This document shows positions 14,204 through 29,432 of a DNA stretch of 64,000 bases, piece after piece; positions within the stretch are counted from its first letter, which is position 1, and the number at the start of each line of letters is the position of its first letter. Origin of the DNA: Chrysomallon squamiferum (Eukaryota; Animalia; Mollusca); contig CM022679.1 of the NCBI GenBank assembly GCA_012295275.1, forward strand, positions 11,284,001 to 11,348,000, given 5' to 3'. The notes under the pieces were generated by a model that saw only the letters and a list, made by a program, of their open reading frames with translations, was not told where the DNA came from and searched no databases. The translations under genes were made by a program, and so were the position numbers.

Positions 14204-15368
14204 TAAACCTCTATCAGATATTTATGGACATTTTAAGTGTTTTTAAGATTAAATCCACATTACTTTATGGTTCTCTAAAGCTTCATTAATGATTGATAAT
14301 CAGCAGATTACCTGAAGGTATATTCCATGTACTTAAGTTAATGATATGTTTGAACCATAGATGAAATATATAAATAACCATATTACTTTATTAGAACAGA
14401 AACAAATAGTGATCCACCATATTAATCTTTTCCGTAAAAATAAATTCAGAATGAATTATCATAATTTTAATTTAGTTTAATGCCTTTATGTTTTACTGAC
14501 ATTACTGTATTATCATGATTACATTTACTAGTGAAAATACATTTTAAAAAAACATAATGATTAACATCATTATATCTGATGACCCAGATTTAACAATATG
14601 TTTAATTAACATATTAAGAAGCAAACAATGAAGATTTCAAATTTAAACTTTTAATTTTTATGTTTAGTGTTATGAAGTTATATGTACACATTAACATTCT
14701 GATAAATGATTTTTAATTCTGTTAATCAGTCAATGCATCTTAGAAATTTGAATATAAAAAGATATTTTGGTCATCAGAATTAAACATTTATTCTGCTGAC
14801 TTTGAGTGAAATACTGAAGTCTCATTATTACACCATTCACTGTGAGTATTAAAAAGTAATATTACAGCAGCAACATTAATTTTTAATTAAGAATAATTAA
14901 AAGTTTACAGCTATATAGTAATAATAGTATATATACAATAACTGAATGAGTTACTGAATAACTTACATATTATTTTGATAACCATTATGACAATTCAGAC
15001 TGTAAAGTTTAAGTGTAATTCAGTAATACTAATTGTATATAATATTATATAATATATATATATATATATATATAATATGTGTGTATGTATGTATCATTGT
15101 ATGTACTTTTATTATTATTCATTATATTTGAATGTTCTTATCAGACAACTAACCACTTCTATTTATTATATTCCATATGATAAATACTTTCTATGTTTTT
15201 ATTAAAAGCTATCTGTAAGAAATATCTTAATATAACCACTCCTATCAGGTGACATTCACATTGGCTGTTCAAAATGCATATTTTTACTTACTTCAGATGC
15301 TCAAGTGAATGTAAATTTTTCGGTTTCCATATCGCTTGAGAAATCCAACTCTTCGGTCGTTGAAACAT
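6035..15368 (-). CDS. CLEC16A: CLEC16A / GOP-1 / Ema ortholog (FPL-domain endolysosomal trafficking and autophagy protein); 3'-partial, about 693 codons traced
   Basis: Hand-spliced minus-strand exons: 15368-15292, 13938-13810, 13469-13336, 12875-12808, 12573-12493, 11956-11851, 11615-11492, 11293-11103, 10765-10715, 10222-10112, 9632-9455, 9091-8941, 8489-8389, 8034-7982, 7762-7693, 7580-7426, 7121-7071, 6662-6534, 6155-6035. Translation [26 protein letters not shown]...[23 protein letters not shown]...[22 protein letters not shown]...[40 protein letters not shown]...[36 protein letters not shown]...[15 protein letters not shown]...TDEEK...[13 protein letters not shown]...[32 protein letters not shown] closely matches human CLEC16A as I recall it. 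All intron phases are consistent except one extra base in exon 8. Confidence 0.95.
14077..14201. repeat. (CA)n microsatellite, interrupted
   Basis: Direct reading. Other CA tracts at about 9159-9201 and 53510-53553. Confidence 0.95.
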
Positions 15369-15588
15369 TATGTTTTTGGTTAAAATAACAGTGGTATTCG
15401 AAATTAAATATCTTAGAGATATTCCAACCGAAACGTCTTTGAATTCTGTCAAACACCCCAAGTCGTCAACAAAACGTCCATTGTGATTCGTTTGGAGTAA
15501 ATTCTACCTTTTGTTCGTAGCTTGACAGGATCTTAATGCGATACTGCGTATAATTGTTTCCGAATATAACATTACACTTTTACAGTAC

Positions 15589-15630
<42 letters not shown>

Positions 15631-15771
15631 GCACATTAATAAAACGGTTTCAGCAAAATTATTTCATACTGTATTCTTTCAGCAGATTTTCTCCTATATT
15701 TTTAAATATCCATTTAAAATGTGACTTGTAAAATCTCTGATAAAATTAACATATGTACGTTTTTTCTAGGC

Positions 15772-15780
15772 GTCACATGA
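15772..15780. promoter_or_regulatory. GTCACATGA / TCATGTGAC M-box-type E-box about 400 bp upstream of the CLEC16A ATG
   Basis: Exact motif lies in the short, locally CpG-containing interval between the VPS35L 3' end and CLEC16A exon 1. Confidence 0.35.
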
Positions 15781-16623
15781 TATAACATTTGTCTTTTTTA
15801 AAGTATAAAGTTTATACGGATAAAACCTGAAAGTGTCATTTTATTATTATTATTTTAATTTTATTGCCGAATACAATATAATAATATTTCTGTGCCTTTT
15901 TTTGTCGCCTACACATACTGACATAGTGATTTTTATTACTACATATTCTGTTTATTCAGAACCATTTAAAAGTAAATGCTCATAAAATTACCTTTTTACA
16001 TAATTCTACATACACTGTATTTAATTATGCATGTTTTACCAGTGGGGGTTGAATATGTAAGAAAATCCATGACACACTATTTGTGTTTTATATATATGTA
16101 TATACACATATCTTAGTACTGTTTAAACTCATGTAAATTAATGATTATTATTTACAACTCAATTTTACATAACTTAAATGCATATAGTTAAAGTAATCGA
16201 AACCATTTGCAAACACAATAATCAAAATCAGGTCTGAAGAATTTGGAAATAAGAAATAGACACTTCATAAATAATTATCATTCTCCACAGATACTGGATA
16301 ACAGAATGGTAGCTAAGTATAATTATTATAGATTAGTAATAAGAGTGTCATTTAAAAGCTGTTTTATATACCATGCAGTTACCTTTATTGTATTTTAGGT
16401 GCAAAAGATATTTCTTAAGTTACCATATATCAACTATGACATTTTTGTGGTATATGCCCAGTGTCAAATTTAGAACTTATATGGATAACCTTGTAGTTCT
16501 TTCGTGAACTTAAGAATGCCATGGACTTTGGGATTACATGCAGTGAAAATATCTTTGTATTCATATACATGCACTTTTGTTATTAAGGAAAATCAATACA
16601 ACTCAAGAAAAACAAGATTCTCA

Positions 16624-16629
16624 TTTATT
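16624..16629 (-). terminator. Candidate polyadenylation signal of VPS35L
   Basis: AATAAA on the minus strand followed by a GU/U-rich tract (gaatcttgttttcttgagttgtattg), about 780 nt after the stop. Confidence 0.4.
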
Positions 16630-17190
16630 AAACAGTTACAACTGAAGTATTGTATACATTTGATGATTAAATACAGTACATGAGAACTACAAAAGTATAC
16701 AAGATACAGAATAATTTTTAATATTAATTTCAATATCTTTATCACATTAAAATGTTATTGATTTGACAAATCCAGTCTGTGAAATCTTTATCATCAACTA
16801 GGATGGTACAAATTGTGGCAAATATTTTTGTTCATATAAAAGTGTTTGAACTGAACTACATGTTAAACTAACTTCATGTTACAGTTATCAGTTGTCCAAA
16901 CTGTTATATTGTTAAATGCCTTGGGCTGATGCTATTTTGCATCTAGTAAATCTGGTGTGAAAGAAAAGGAATGTTTAACTCTATATTTGTTTCAATATTT
17001 GTCACAGATTTAATATTCTCAAACATACAAGAAACTGAATAAACATTTCATTCAACTAATAATGATAGTATTCATTGTTTGGCACATCATATCTGATTCC
17101 CTTTAAAAACTAAAATAAATCTTGAATATTATTATACATTTTTCATTTTCTCTTCTTTGATGGCAAGACCAACAATAACTACAACAACAA

Positions 17191-17221
<31 letters not shown>

Positions 17222-17404
17222 AATAAAGCCAACTTGTCTCATCCCTTTCATGATACTTCCTTAATGAGATTTAAAAATTATATTCAATCGAGTTTGATAA
17301 TTTTTGAATTTATTTTCAAATGCAATTATATTTAATATATATTAAATGGCATTGTCTCTGAGATATGCCTAAAATCACTGTGTGTTCATTTCTTATAGTT
17401 CAAA

Positions 17405-20400
17405 TTAATGCACATTAACAGATAACTTTGATGATACTTCTTGAAATGGCTTGCCATGCGGAGATCTTGCTTTTCTTTTCATATAATCTAACATCCGTGC
17501 CTGCAATAAATAAATAAATAAACAGAACAGAACAGAATAGAATTGAATATTAAATTAATTTATCCAAATTGAATTGAACAGAATGCAAATAAACTTAAAA
17601 TTAAGATTAAATGAATTAAACTGAGCAAATAATCTCCAATGAAATAATTGCCATTCTGTTAGGTCTTAAATTTTTTTTTTCAAATAAAAATATGGAAAAT
17701 TACTTGAGTGATAGCTATACTCAAAAATTATGTGGAGTAGGTGAAAATATTTATAATAACAACATATAGAACAAAACAGACAATACTGATAGATTTCATA
17801 TTGGCAACTAACATCAATGTTTAACCCATATTTCAGGTATGAAACAATGAAGTTTCTCAAATTACCATTTGTTTTGTATCCTCCTGTTTATTTCTCTGGG
17901 CAAGATTCCATAGATTTGTTATCAGTGTTTGAAGTGAAGTTTGACTTAGATCACCATGAGCAATGATTGTCTGGATTAATTCCAAACACAGAGAACTCTG
18001 TCTTCGAGATGTCTACAAATGTGATACATCGAATTTTAATAAATTAACATAACAACAATCATTAAATTAAGTCAAAGGATATATTGTAATTAATATTAAA
18101 CATGAACATTTTATTCAGTGTAATAAAAGTAATTTTGTAGAATACATGGCAGTTTACATATCAGAAATTTGATTAAACAAGATAGTTTATATGGTGACTT
18201 TAATTTTGAACTGAATTAAAACTGACATTTATGGCTAACTATGAAAAACCGATTGATAAGACAATAGACAACTTTGTGGATAACTATATTGTTTCTTGAG
18301 CTCAAAATCTGCCTTGTTAGTTGTGTTATTTAGTCTACATTATATTTACCTCAGGAGGTGCCAATGTTTTTAAGTGAGAAAGGACTTCATCCACCAATGT
18401 ATTTGCCATTGTTTTTACTTCATTCACATATTTTGGATCAGATGCATACATCATGTCATTTGAATCAACTGAAAACAAAATAATATGTAACAAGTTGTTC
18501 ACCTGTGCTACATTTCTTTCTTTCTTTTAAAACAATTATTAATATTGTTATTATATTATTAAAATACGTAACCACAACCCAGACATGTTTAAGAAGTTAA
18601 GTTACATAAGTAACAAGTGTTAGTGTCTAATATAATATTAATATACAGAAAGTATGTTAGCATTTGATTTGTGTAAACACTTCATACAGTAACAAAGTCA
18701 AATTTAACTTGATGACAACAGATTTGATCCTAATATGCAAAAAAGGGAAACGAAAACAAAATGAAAAACACAGGGTACAAAATGTCATGTAAAACTGCTT
18801 GAGGAACAAACCTTTGTCAATGTGATACAGATAGAACTCCTGACAAGAAGCTGACATCATTGCTAGGACACGAGTGTAAAATATTGCTTTGGCATCACTA
18901 CTGGTATCCCATGTATAGTCCTGAAGAATGTTCAGCAAACCTCGAAGCAGATACAAAACACCTAACTCAGGATTATCCTAGAAACAAAATTCAGTGCATA
19001 ATGATAAGAAATAAATCTTGTGAGGAGCTTCGTCCTAAATTAAAAATCTGAAGATCTGAAACTTAATTCAAAGCCAACAAATTATATCTAAGATGAGAAA
19101 TATGTATTGTTTTTGAAATCCTTTTATTAAAACCAGCAAAGAGAAAAGTTTAAACTCTTATTATGAAGTTTATTGTTTATTATTTAATTTGAATGAATTT
19201 CATGAAGCATTTACAAATATAACTAAACTGAATATATTAATGTAGTTTTGAAAATAAAAATGTTGTCACTATAGTATATAAATAAATAAATGGAAGACAA
19301 ATATTATTAAGATACAATAGTAATAACTTAATTATCTGAAAGTACAGAAACTTACAGGGACAACCAGTAGTGTTGCCACAAAATTATGAAGATATTCCAA
19401 CAGGAAAGGCTCAGAAGATTTTTTCATATCATTCTCCATTGTTTTAGGTAGTTCTGGTATCAAAGAAATGGCAGCTCTGAAGAAGGCATCAGCTAAAAAT
19501 GAATAAAGTAATCAATTGCAAAAGTCAGGATGTAAGATTAATGTTTTTACATTGTTTTAATTTTATAACCTTGTCATTACAATGTCAGTTTTACAATGTA
19601 TGTGTCAGTGACCATGCTGTTTTTTTTTATCAGGAAACATTTTAAAATTGAAATTTTTCATATACAGTTTTACAGCTGAAGACTTTTTAAACAGCCAAAG
19701 AAAATTTTCATAAATATCTTTCCAGTTAATACACAGATTAAAATCAATTTATAACAGTTGATGAGACATGGAGTTAACCAAATGTAGATGAATCCAGTAA
19801 CTAATATTGGAAAATCTTAAATCTAATTTTTTTTTTCTCCCAGTTATAAATTCTGTTCATTCTAATTTGCAATTTTAAAAAAAATTATTCATTAGTTCTA
19901 TTTTAATATCAACCAATAAAATACAAGTTTAATTTCCAACAGATGCTTTTTCTGTAATAACATTACTGACTGAACTGACATATTCACCTTGTGAAAAGCA
20001 CTGATTGAGCAGGGCAACTTGTCCAGAGAATAAATACAGCTGGAGTTGAGAGAACACTGAACTGAGTGATGGAATTGTAATGAAACAGTAGGCAGCACAA
20101 GCCTGCAATGTGAATAATTAAATAAATAAATAATAAATTTTATATATTCACTTGTTAATGTGTACTGGAATGATGCAAGCATATCAAGACATGCATCAGT
20201 TTATTTCAAATTAATTATTTTAGTTTATTTCTTTTTAGCATTTTTTTAAAGAAGAAAGAATAGAAGTTTATAAATAATACAATGCAATCTTGAGTATTTT
20301 AATAAAGGAATGAATTGAAAAGAAAATAATTTTTGTTTTCAATATCAAAAATATATTTGATGTCATTAAATATGATCAATTACCAAAACTATTCTGAAAC

Positions 20401-23400
20401 CTTATTATTTCATTATATTTCTTTTTTAAAAGATATTTCAAAGAAAACTACAGATGGTAAAACTTTAGATATAATTAATCTAAATATAATTAACAATAAT
20501 ACTTAACCCTGACAAAAGCTCCAGTTTTTCGTGAATGGTTCCCATTCACCACTTTACGGGTATCAATTGACAAGTTGTTAACATTCTGAAAAAAAAAAAA
20601 AAAATTATTAAAACTTTATAGTGAAAAAACCCTAAAAGTTGTTTTAGAGAACACAGTTAATCAATATTTTATTTTTTCTGATATAATTTTTGTACTGCTC
20701 AATATGTAAGGATAAAATAATGTTTTTTCTATAAAAATTTCAATTGGAAATAACTTTGGGAAAAAAGAAAAATTGTCTCAGACTTGTATAAGTTCAATCA
20801 TGACAGCATCCAGATTGCTGAATGAGGCTCTAGCTTCCACATAAAAACTCAGTTGCTGTTCAAAGTCTCGACCAAAAGAAATCTTTCTCACAAAGTTGCA
20901 AATCATGCTGCCTATCACTCTTATTTCATCATCAAGTGTTAAAGCACTGGAATAAACAAGATATATTTTAAAAAAAAATCTAATATCTAATATATACTCA
21001 CTTAAAATATTTTAAAACTTCCAAATAAAGGCAATGGAGAACTGTGGCTATTTATTACTTTTTTTAACAATTAATAAATTTTTTCTGACCATAAACATTG
21101 ATATCATTTCTTGTTAAAACAAATCATCAGCATTTTTAATTTTGTACCAAGAAAATATGAACAGATTTTGGAAAGTTGAGCTATTCAAAAATATGCATTC
21201 AGAAATGAAAGATACTCTGTGAACATTTATTAATAAATGGTCCACTCACTTTACTGAATCATGCATTGTTTTGCAGATAAACATCATGGCATTAATAACA
21301 ACTGGGTCATTTGTACTTTCAGTCTGTAACCTACAAAAAAACCACACAATTAAGAAACATTTAACTAATACAATAAATATTAAAAAAAAACATACCATGA
21401 CCAATGCAAATTAATAATTTAAAGATAATTAAATAATTATATATAATCATATATGATATAAACTATTGTTTTTAGTTTTTGTAATTATAAAGTAATTACT
21501 ACAGCACAATGCCTTTGAGAAATAAATGACATTTGCAACAATCCTTTTCAAGATTATCAACATTTCCAGTCATAAAATGAATTATTTTTTTATATCAAAA
21601 TCAAATAACAGTGCTATCACATACATAAAATATTAAGCTTTTTTTTTTAAAATTAAAAACAGAGACTTACTTTGAAAAGGTGTCAGCTATATTCTTACAC
21701 ACTTCAACTTTGACTGCTTCTCTTTGAAACATATCAATGAAAGGCATAAATTTGTCCTGAAAACCACAAGTTCATTAATTTAGTTCTGCTAAGTATTTTA
21801 TCAGTAAATTAGTAATATAATTTTATTAGGTGATAATAGAAATTTTGTTTTTAGAATTAGTGGAAAAAAAAAAAATAAAAAAAATAAAAAGTTATTTCAG
21901 AAAGATTTAGAATCTCAAAACTACAATTATCATCAGTTATCATTAAATAATTATGTTTAAAAAATAATAATAATAAAAATTAAAATTAAAACAATACTTT
22001 TAAAAAAAAATTATATTCCCAGATTTGTTATCATATAATTAAATAATATAAGACAAATTGAAAAATACTATTAAAAAAAAGAAATAATCCTTACTCACCA
22101 GAGCAAATAAAACTGAGAAATCATGCTGATGAGCCAGGATTTTGGCAACTACTGACTGAAGCTGTGGGTAGAAGTCTTCAAATGCTCTGTCTGGTATCAT
22201 ATGTTTGATAATGTCTGTCAGAATGGTTGTCACTTCCCTTTTCTAAAATATTAATAATAATAATAGTAGTCATAGCAGTGAAAGTGGTAGTCTTCTCAGT
22301 GGTGGTTGTGGTGGTATTTGTAGTACAATAGTAGTAGTAGTAATAGTGGTAGTAATTATAGTACTAGTAACAGTAATAGTAGTTGTGGTGGTAGTTCTGG
22401 TATTAACAGTAGTAGAAAATAACAATATTTTTTTAAACATTACAAAGAAATTATAGCTACCAATTTTTTCATACTAAAAGACTGTGTTACAATACTACAA
22501 AAATTTGTCCATAAATGTTTTCAGAATGCGATTTTAATCAAATTAAAAAAAACAACAATCATGAAAGTAAATACTACTCAATTTAGTATGGTTTTAGAAT
22601 TTGATTTGCTGGGGTTAATTTAATTCCTTAAAACACAATCTAACTATGAATACAAAATAATAAAGGAATCTGTTGACTTTAGTAAAAGATCAATAATTCC
22701 ATTTAAAAAAAATATAAAAACTAATATTTAATATAATTCTGAAAACATACTTACACCAAAATGTTTCACAACATATTCAATCCACACTTCAGCACACCCA
22801 ATATAATCCTGACAGAAGAAGGCAAAATAAATAATGTGTAATTAAATGTGCATTTGATATTAGCAAAAAAACATGCTAATTACCTATTTATGTATATTAT
22901 GTATATTTTAGAAAATTATCATATATCAGTATTCCTTTTTTATTATTTTTTATAAGGTTAAATTAAAATATTAGAATTATAAGTATTAATGACTCAATAC
23001 ACTTTACTTGTAATCATGTTATTAATTTGAAAATATACACTGGACATAGAATATTTTCAAGGTTAACTGGGGACTTATAATATATGAAAAACAAAATAAG
23101 ATTCTACATTCAAAACAGTTAATGTTATTAACAGCTTTCATCAACATACCCTTGGATTTTTCAGCTTAACAACAGCTTTCCATACTTCGTTAAGAACTGC
23201 GAGTCTCTGGTCCTCTGGTGGGTCGGCCATCACAACACACATCCCTAGTGTTCTGTACAGCAAATGCTAAAAAGAAAGTGCTGTTCATTTAAATGAAAGA
23301 CTTAAATATTACTAAACATTAGCATCATTTGGAATTTTTTTATTTTTTTTTATTTTTTTTTTTAAGACACTTTAATGCATATACTGAATGAAATAGAAGT

Positions 23401-26400
23401 ACTCGTTTAACAATCCAGCGTTTTAAGCAAAAATCAAGTTTCTTTAAGCCAGTTGCAGAGCATATATTGTAATCGCGATCAGCATTTTGTTTTCTCAACA
23501 GATAAATATCTCCATGTTTTCAATTTGTTTATGTCACATGTTACACATTTTACAATAATTTAGTAAACAGTCAATACTTGAAGATCCAGGAATAATGAAA
23601 CAAATGTTTCTTCCACAATCACCCTCATTGGCAACAACAACCACAACAAAAATTACAACTGTAACTGCACTATTGCTAAAGGGCAGGTGAAACTATAATT
23701 TTACACTTTAATAAAAAAAAATTCGAAACTACAGTCCAATAAATCACTATGACATTATGATTCAATGTCAACATTATCTAGTTAGGTGTAACATATATCA
23801 GACAACACACCTTTGGAAAACCTGTATCTTCACAACCTTTGATCATCTCAGTGAACATGGTGGCACGATGTGCAATGAATTCAGGCTGAAAGGCTGCCAT
23901 GATGGAATTAACAAGCAGAGCACTGAAAATGTTTATTATTTAATCATTGTAATTATTTTGTCAAATTATAAAATACATGTATTTCAAAATATAATTTAAA
24001 AACATCATATTAGTGATATATATTTTAATAATGAAATGTAACAAGTAGTAAATAAAAGAATATATATATATATATATATAATCCTTTAAAATTAAAATTT
24101 ATAAATTATTGATATTTAAATTTAATAAATATGTCATAATCCTTAACAAATCTTGTAACAGTTTAATAATTTAGAAAGGAAGTGGTAAATATTTAATGGC
24201 ACACTAATCTTGCCACATCAACTGATTTTTGTTACATTTAGGATGTATTCTTTTTTTAATTTTTTTATATTGCATTCTTTGTACAAATATTATTAGAGAA
24301 AATATAAATATTATATAAAAAAATTAAAAAATAATAATTTAAAATATACAAATACCTATTACACTGTTTTTCACATTTCTGTAGAATCTCTGAAAGTGTT
24401 TGTTCTGAAGATTTGTTTGCAATACACTGTAACAGCCAGTCCAAAGCTGGTGAATACAGTGTTAGGTATTTTGACATCTCCAGTTTCTGAAGAGCTAATG
24501 TGTTTTGCACACTGTCACATTGTAGCTTGAAAAAAAAAAAAAAATAAATAAAACAAAAAAACATTACCAAGATAATTTAAAAATTATGCAATTTTCCCTT
24601 TTACATAAAAATGTATTAATTATACAGTAATAACTTTGGGATAAGGTTATTCAAAAATTAAATTAAGAGATATCTCAAAGAAACAACAAAATGTGAAAAG
24701 AATACAATTTTTTGAAATTAAATTGCCATCAAGACATTTTGTAACAAAAGACAAAATATATATATATATATTGTAATATTAAGATTACAGCAAGTATCTT
24801 ACCTGAGAAAATGCAGTCAGAAAGTCATCAAAACATGGCATTAGATGATTTCTAATTCTCGGTGCCACCAAAATTCCAACCTGAAGTTATTACAAACCAA
24901 ATACAAATAAATTCATGGAAAATTTCAACTGCTGCTCACAATAGTATTAATATTATTTCTGGTTGATTTTAAAATTAAAAGAAAAATATGGTGAACAAAA
25001 AGTATTTCAAAATGAGTTTTTCAGTTTAAAGATTTTAATCATATTTTAAAATATTTCTAAATATTATTTAAAAATTAATGGCAAACCAAAGAAATTAAAA
25101 AGTGAAATTTAAAAAAGAAAGAAATGTATTTGCGTTATATCAAAATTAACATTGCAGCTAATAAATGACATTATTGGAATAATAATTTAAAAAAAAATAA
25201 CTTTCATGGTATTCTAGGCACACACAATTTACTTTTCTTGTTCAAATTTACAAACATGAACATCATGAAAATAATATCTGCACTCACCCTGCTCAGATAA
25301 CATTTGGCATATATAGACACCAGTGGATTGCCAATTCCTCGTGTCATCAGAGCCAATCTGCTGAGTGCCTCTGCATATTCACTGTCAAAATAACATAACT
25401 GCTCAGACCTATTTATCTCACTGTATGCGAGAAATATTTCTAAACTCAATTTTAAAATTAAAAAAAAAAATGAATTGGTGAGACAGCAATATCAGATTAT
25501 AGGAACAAATGAATGACAGAGGAATTTTAAAGGAGGACAAAACTATCCCTGTGTTTTGTCAGTATTTCTAAAAGCTAATGGAAAGAAACAGAAAGTGTAC
25601 ATTTATGATGACTTCAACTCCACATATAATCAAATCCAAAAAGAATTAAATTATTTCACTTTTATGAGTCATTTATATCTGAGATAAAAATTCATGTTTA
25701 AAAATTATGTATTTACTATTTTTTTAGGTCAGTTCTTTCTTACCCAGGATTTAGAAAACTGTAGCATTTGATGATAGCACATTCCACAAAGAAGCGAGGA
25801 ACAAGTTCTCTGATGGAAGCTATTTTAAAGAACCAATTCCTGCAAGTTTCCTTAGCAGACTCTGGTACCTGACTAGGAACAAAATTGTCTAAATAACAAA
25901 AAACAAAAGTGAAAATCTGTCTATGAGTTATACCAGTGGATTGATTTTGCAATTATATGTCAAAAGACAAGAAACATGTAAAAATCAGAGTTTAAAACAG
26001 AAAATTCCTGTCAGTGACAGTTAACAAATGAAGAAGAATATTTCTATAACTGCAATCTAGAAGTCACTGATCAAAATTTACATTTAAAAAAATATGATAC
26101 TTTCTAATGGCACAATATGTCTTCATATTCAAATTTAACAAAACAAAAGTAAGTAAGATGTTTATATCAATGTCCTAAAATCAGAAGGAATGATACAACA
26201 AACCACAAAAATAAAATTAAAATTAAAAAAATGTTTGTAAAGAAAATAGATATAAACATCAATGATTCAGAATATACCGTATCACAGCTGTAAAACACTA
26301 CTTCTTGTTACCTGGTAATTTAACAGGCACTCCACTGCCTGGTGGATAATACTGAGCCTTTTCTTTCAGTCGATCATACACAAGTTTTCCAAAAGTGTCA

Positions 26401-29390
26401 AGAATGTCTGTGATGAGAACAAACTTGCTTGGATAGAAAGGAATCACTGACACATCAGCCAACAGCTTTGAACTCTGTGAAAAAAAGATCAGCATTCTCA
26501 ATAATCCTGTCGGTTACCATTTATTATTATTAATTTAATTGTTATTAAAAACTTATTTATTACTGCACAAGTATCAATATCAGATTCTTAGTTTATGAAT
26601 ATATATCTTTTATTTACACAAACACATGCATTCACATAAAAGTATCAATGAAACAGTAACCTCTCTAGCAGTTATAAACCAGAAAAGTCCATTAATTCAT
26701 GTTAAAATGTAATGAAGAAATCTAATCGAAATTACTAAGAAAATGGAAAAAAACCTATAGTCATAAGAAAAATCAAGTTTATAAAAATAATTACACACTT
26801 TTATAATTAACTCACATACTAACAATGTACTGTGGAAGGGAGTGTGTCTATATGAAGACAAACCTGTATTGCTATTTTGAGTGCTTTCACCCTTTGATCT
26901 TGTTCCCAGGCATTTATCAAAGCCTGGTGGAGATCTTCTATTCGCTTCACATATTCCTGCTGACTGAGATTCAACATCTCTTGAACAGATCCCTGAATTA
27001 ATGTAATATTAAATATTAATCATATTGAAAACAAAATTGTGTTTCAATTTTTCTTTTGAAGAATTCATGTGTTTTTTGTTTTTTTAAAACATTGGAGAAA
27101 CTACAAGTGGTAATCATGTTTGCATAAATATAAATAAAGCTTTGACTCCAAAACATTATAATTTTAAAACATTCAGAGGTGTTATGATTTATTTTATGAA
27201 ATTTTTTTAAGCAACTGCAAAATTTCATTGTATAAAACTTTGAAGGATTAACATAATATATCCTTTCTGATTATAATTAATTTCAAATTATTAAGAAACT
27301 TATTATAAATTAATATAACTTTTATGATTATATTTAATTTCAATTTCTTAAGAAACTAATACTTAACCTCTTCAAAATCATCCAGCTGTTCAAGTCGATT
27401 TTTTACTTTATCACTAACTGTTGTGGTCTGTGTCTTCATCACAACTAACATGAAATATTGTTTTTAAAAAAAAATGAATATGATGATACATGGTATTATC
27501 AGAGAACATTGTAAAATCTGTATGTCAAATGAATGCTTTTTATATTTGAAAACAAAATAAAAAATACTCAACTACATTACAGAAAGAAAACAAAATGAAC
27601 ATTATAATTTTAAAATAATAAAATTTGTATTGATCATTTAATGAAACTTATATTACTATGATAAATATATTACTATACAGACTTAAAACAAAATGTGAAG
27701 TTGTACCTCTTTCTTTATCAGAGGCTGACAAGAAACTGGTTGTGATTGATAGTTTTTCTGATGTTGTAAACTTAGTTAAGATTCCAGCCTTTTTAAAGGA
27801 CCATGGTTCAAATGTTTCATCAAGATCACTCTGTATTTCTTTATCACCACCACCCTAGTAATAAAATAAATGTATCAAAATAAAATGTAAGAGATATTTC
27901 AAACAATGAAAAACATATTCGTGCTGGAATTTTAATAATTTCACTCTAAGAATAATTTAGAACAACAACAAAAAGTTTATAATTAATAGTAGAATTCCAC
28001 AAATATTTTCTTTTCTTATTAAAGATAATGTTATTAAATTAAATGGTGTTTTTTTCAATACAACAACAAAAAGAAAAGGAAAAATAAAAATATAAGAAAA
28101 AACCCACATTAATAATAATAATAAATAAACAATAAAAAAGAAAAGAAAGAAAGAATATGATAAATGAAATACAAGTTAATTTTTGGACACAGTGATGGTT
28201 CAGTAAATGAATGAAAATGTATAAAACATAAAACACCTCAAAACTTTTTGATCGACTTGTTTTTGACAATGAAGCTGATTCAGCAGCCATTATGGAAAGT
28301 GGATCAGATCCATCCATAGCCTGGAAAAGTGGATCACCTAAACTAAGTGGATCAACAAATTCAGTTTGACCTCCAGGAACTGATTTTTTACCTCCTTTCT
28401 TTTCAGGTCTTTTCATTTCTGTGACCTGATTAATGAAATAAAATCAATTACACTTCAGATAAAAATAAAATAAGTAATGCCTGATTAAAAAATATGAATA
28501 TTAATTATAATAATAATAATCTAAGATTCATTGGTTATAGAATGTTTATACGAGACATTTAGTGTTCAAAAGTAGTAATTGCTTGGTGTAGAAATTACAA
28601 TTTTATATGTGTATCTGTAATTTATCTACAATTTGTAGCATGATAATAATTTTCTTTGAAAGTATTATGACTATAAAAAAAAAACCTTTTTACCATTTAT
28701 TTAGCATTTTCAAAGAAAATGATAATAAAAATAACTGTAAAAAAAATAAAAATAAGATTTGTGAAGATATTATTTTACAATATCTTGTGTTTTTAAAATT
28801 AAATAAACAATGTATGTTTTATCCGTAATGGTTGATAACATGTTAGTACTCACAGTAACTAGTTTCAGTGGATGACTGACAGTAGGCTGCAGTTTGCAAG
28901 CCTCCATTTCTCTCTCAGCATCATAGTTTCTATGTCGGGGTTGCCTAAATCAAACAAAGGTACAAAACACTGATACTTCACTACATAAACTGTATTCATT
29001 GGCTGCAGACAGACAACTTTGCATGAATTTTACATTCCAATTTGTTTGTTGTTGGGTTTTTTCATCTAAATATATATACACTAAATAGTTACTTTGTAAA
29101 ATATTTTTCCTTTAGTGCATGTATTTTAAAAATAAATGTTTTAACGTGAAATTAATTCGTACAAACACATATAAATTATGAAAGTTAATCAGATTCTTGT
29201 TTATTAGTTTAAAAGACGGCTGGAAACAATTTTGCATTTTCTGTCTCATCCTAAGACTACTTTACAGTTGACAATCAGAGATGGAATTGAATCAACCAAT
29301 TTTTATTTATATGTTTTTTTTTATTGATAGAATTAATAAAGTTGTAAATATGAAATGGACTATAAATTAATTGGTAGTGTTATTAAATTA

Positions 29391-29432
<42 letters not shown>

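Noticed and set aside
14031-14289. His/Thr-rich ORFs (HTHTHT...)
   Set aside because: Translations of a (CA)n microsatellite inside CLEC16A intron 1.
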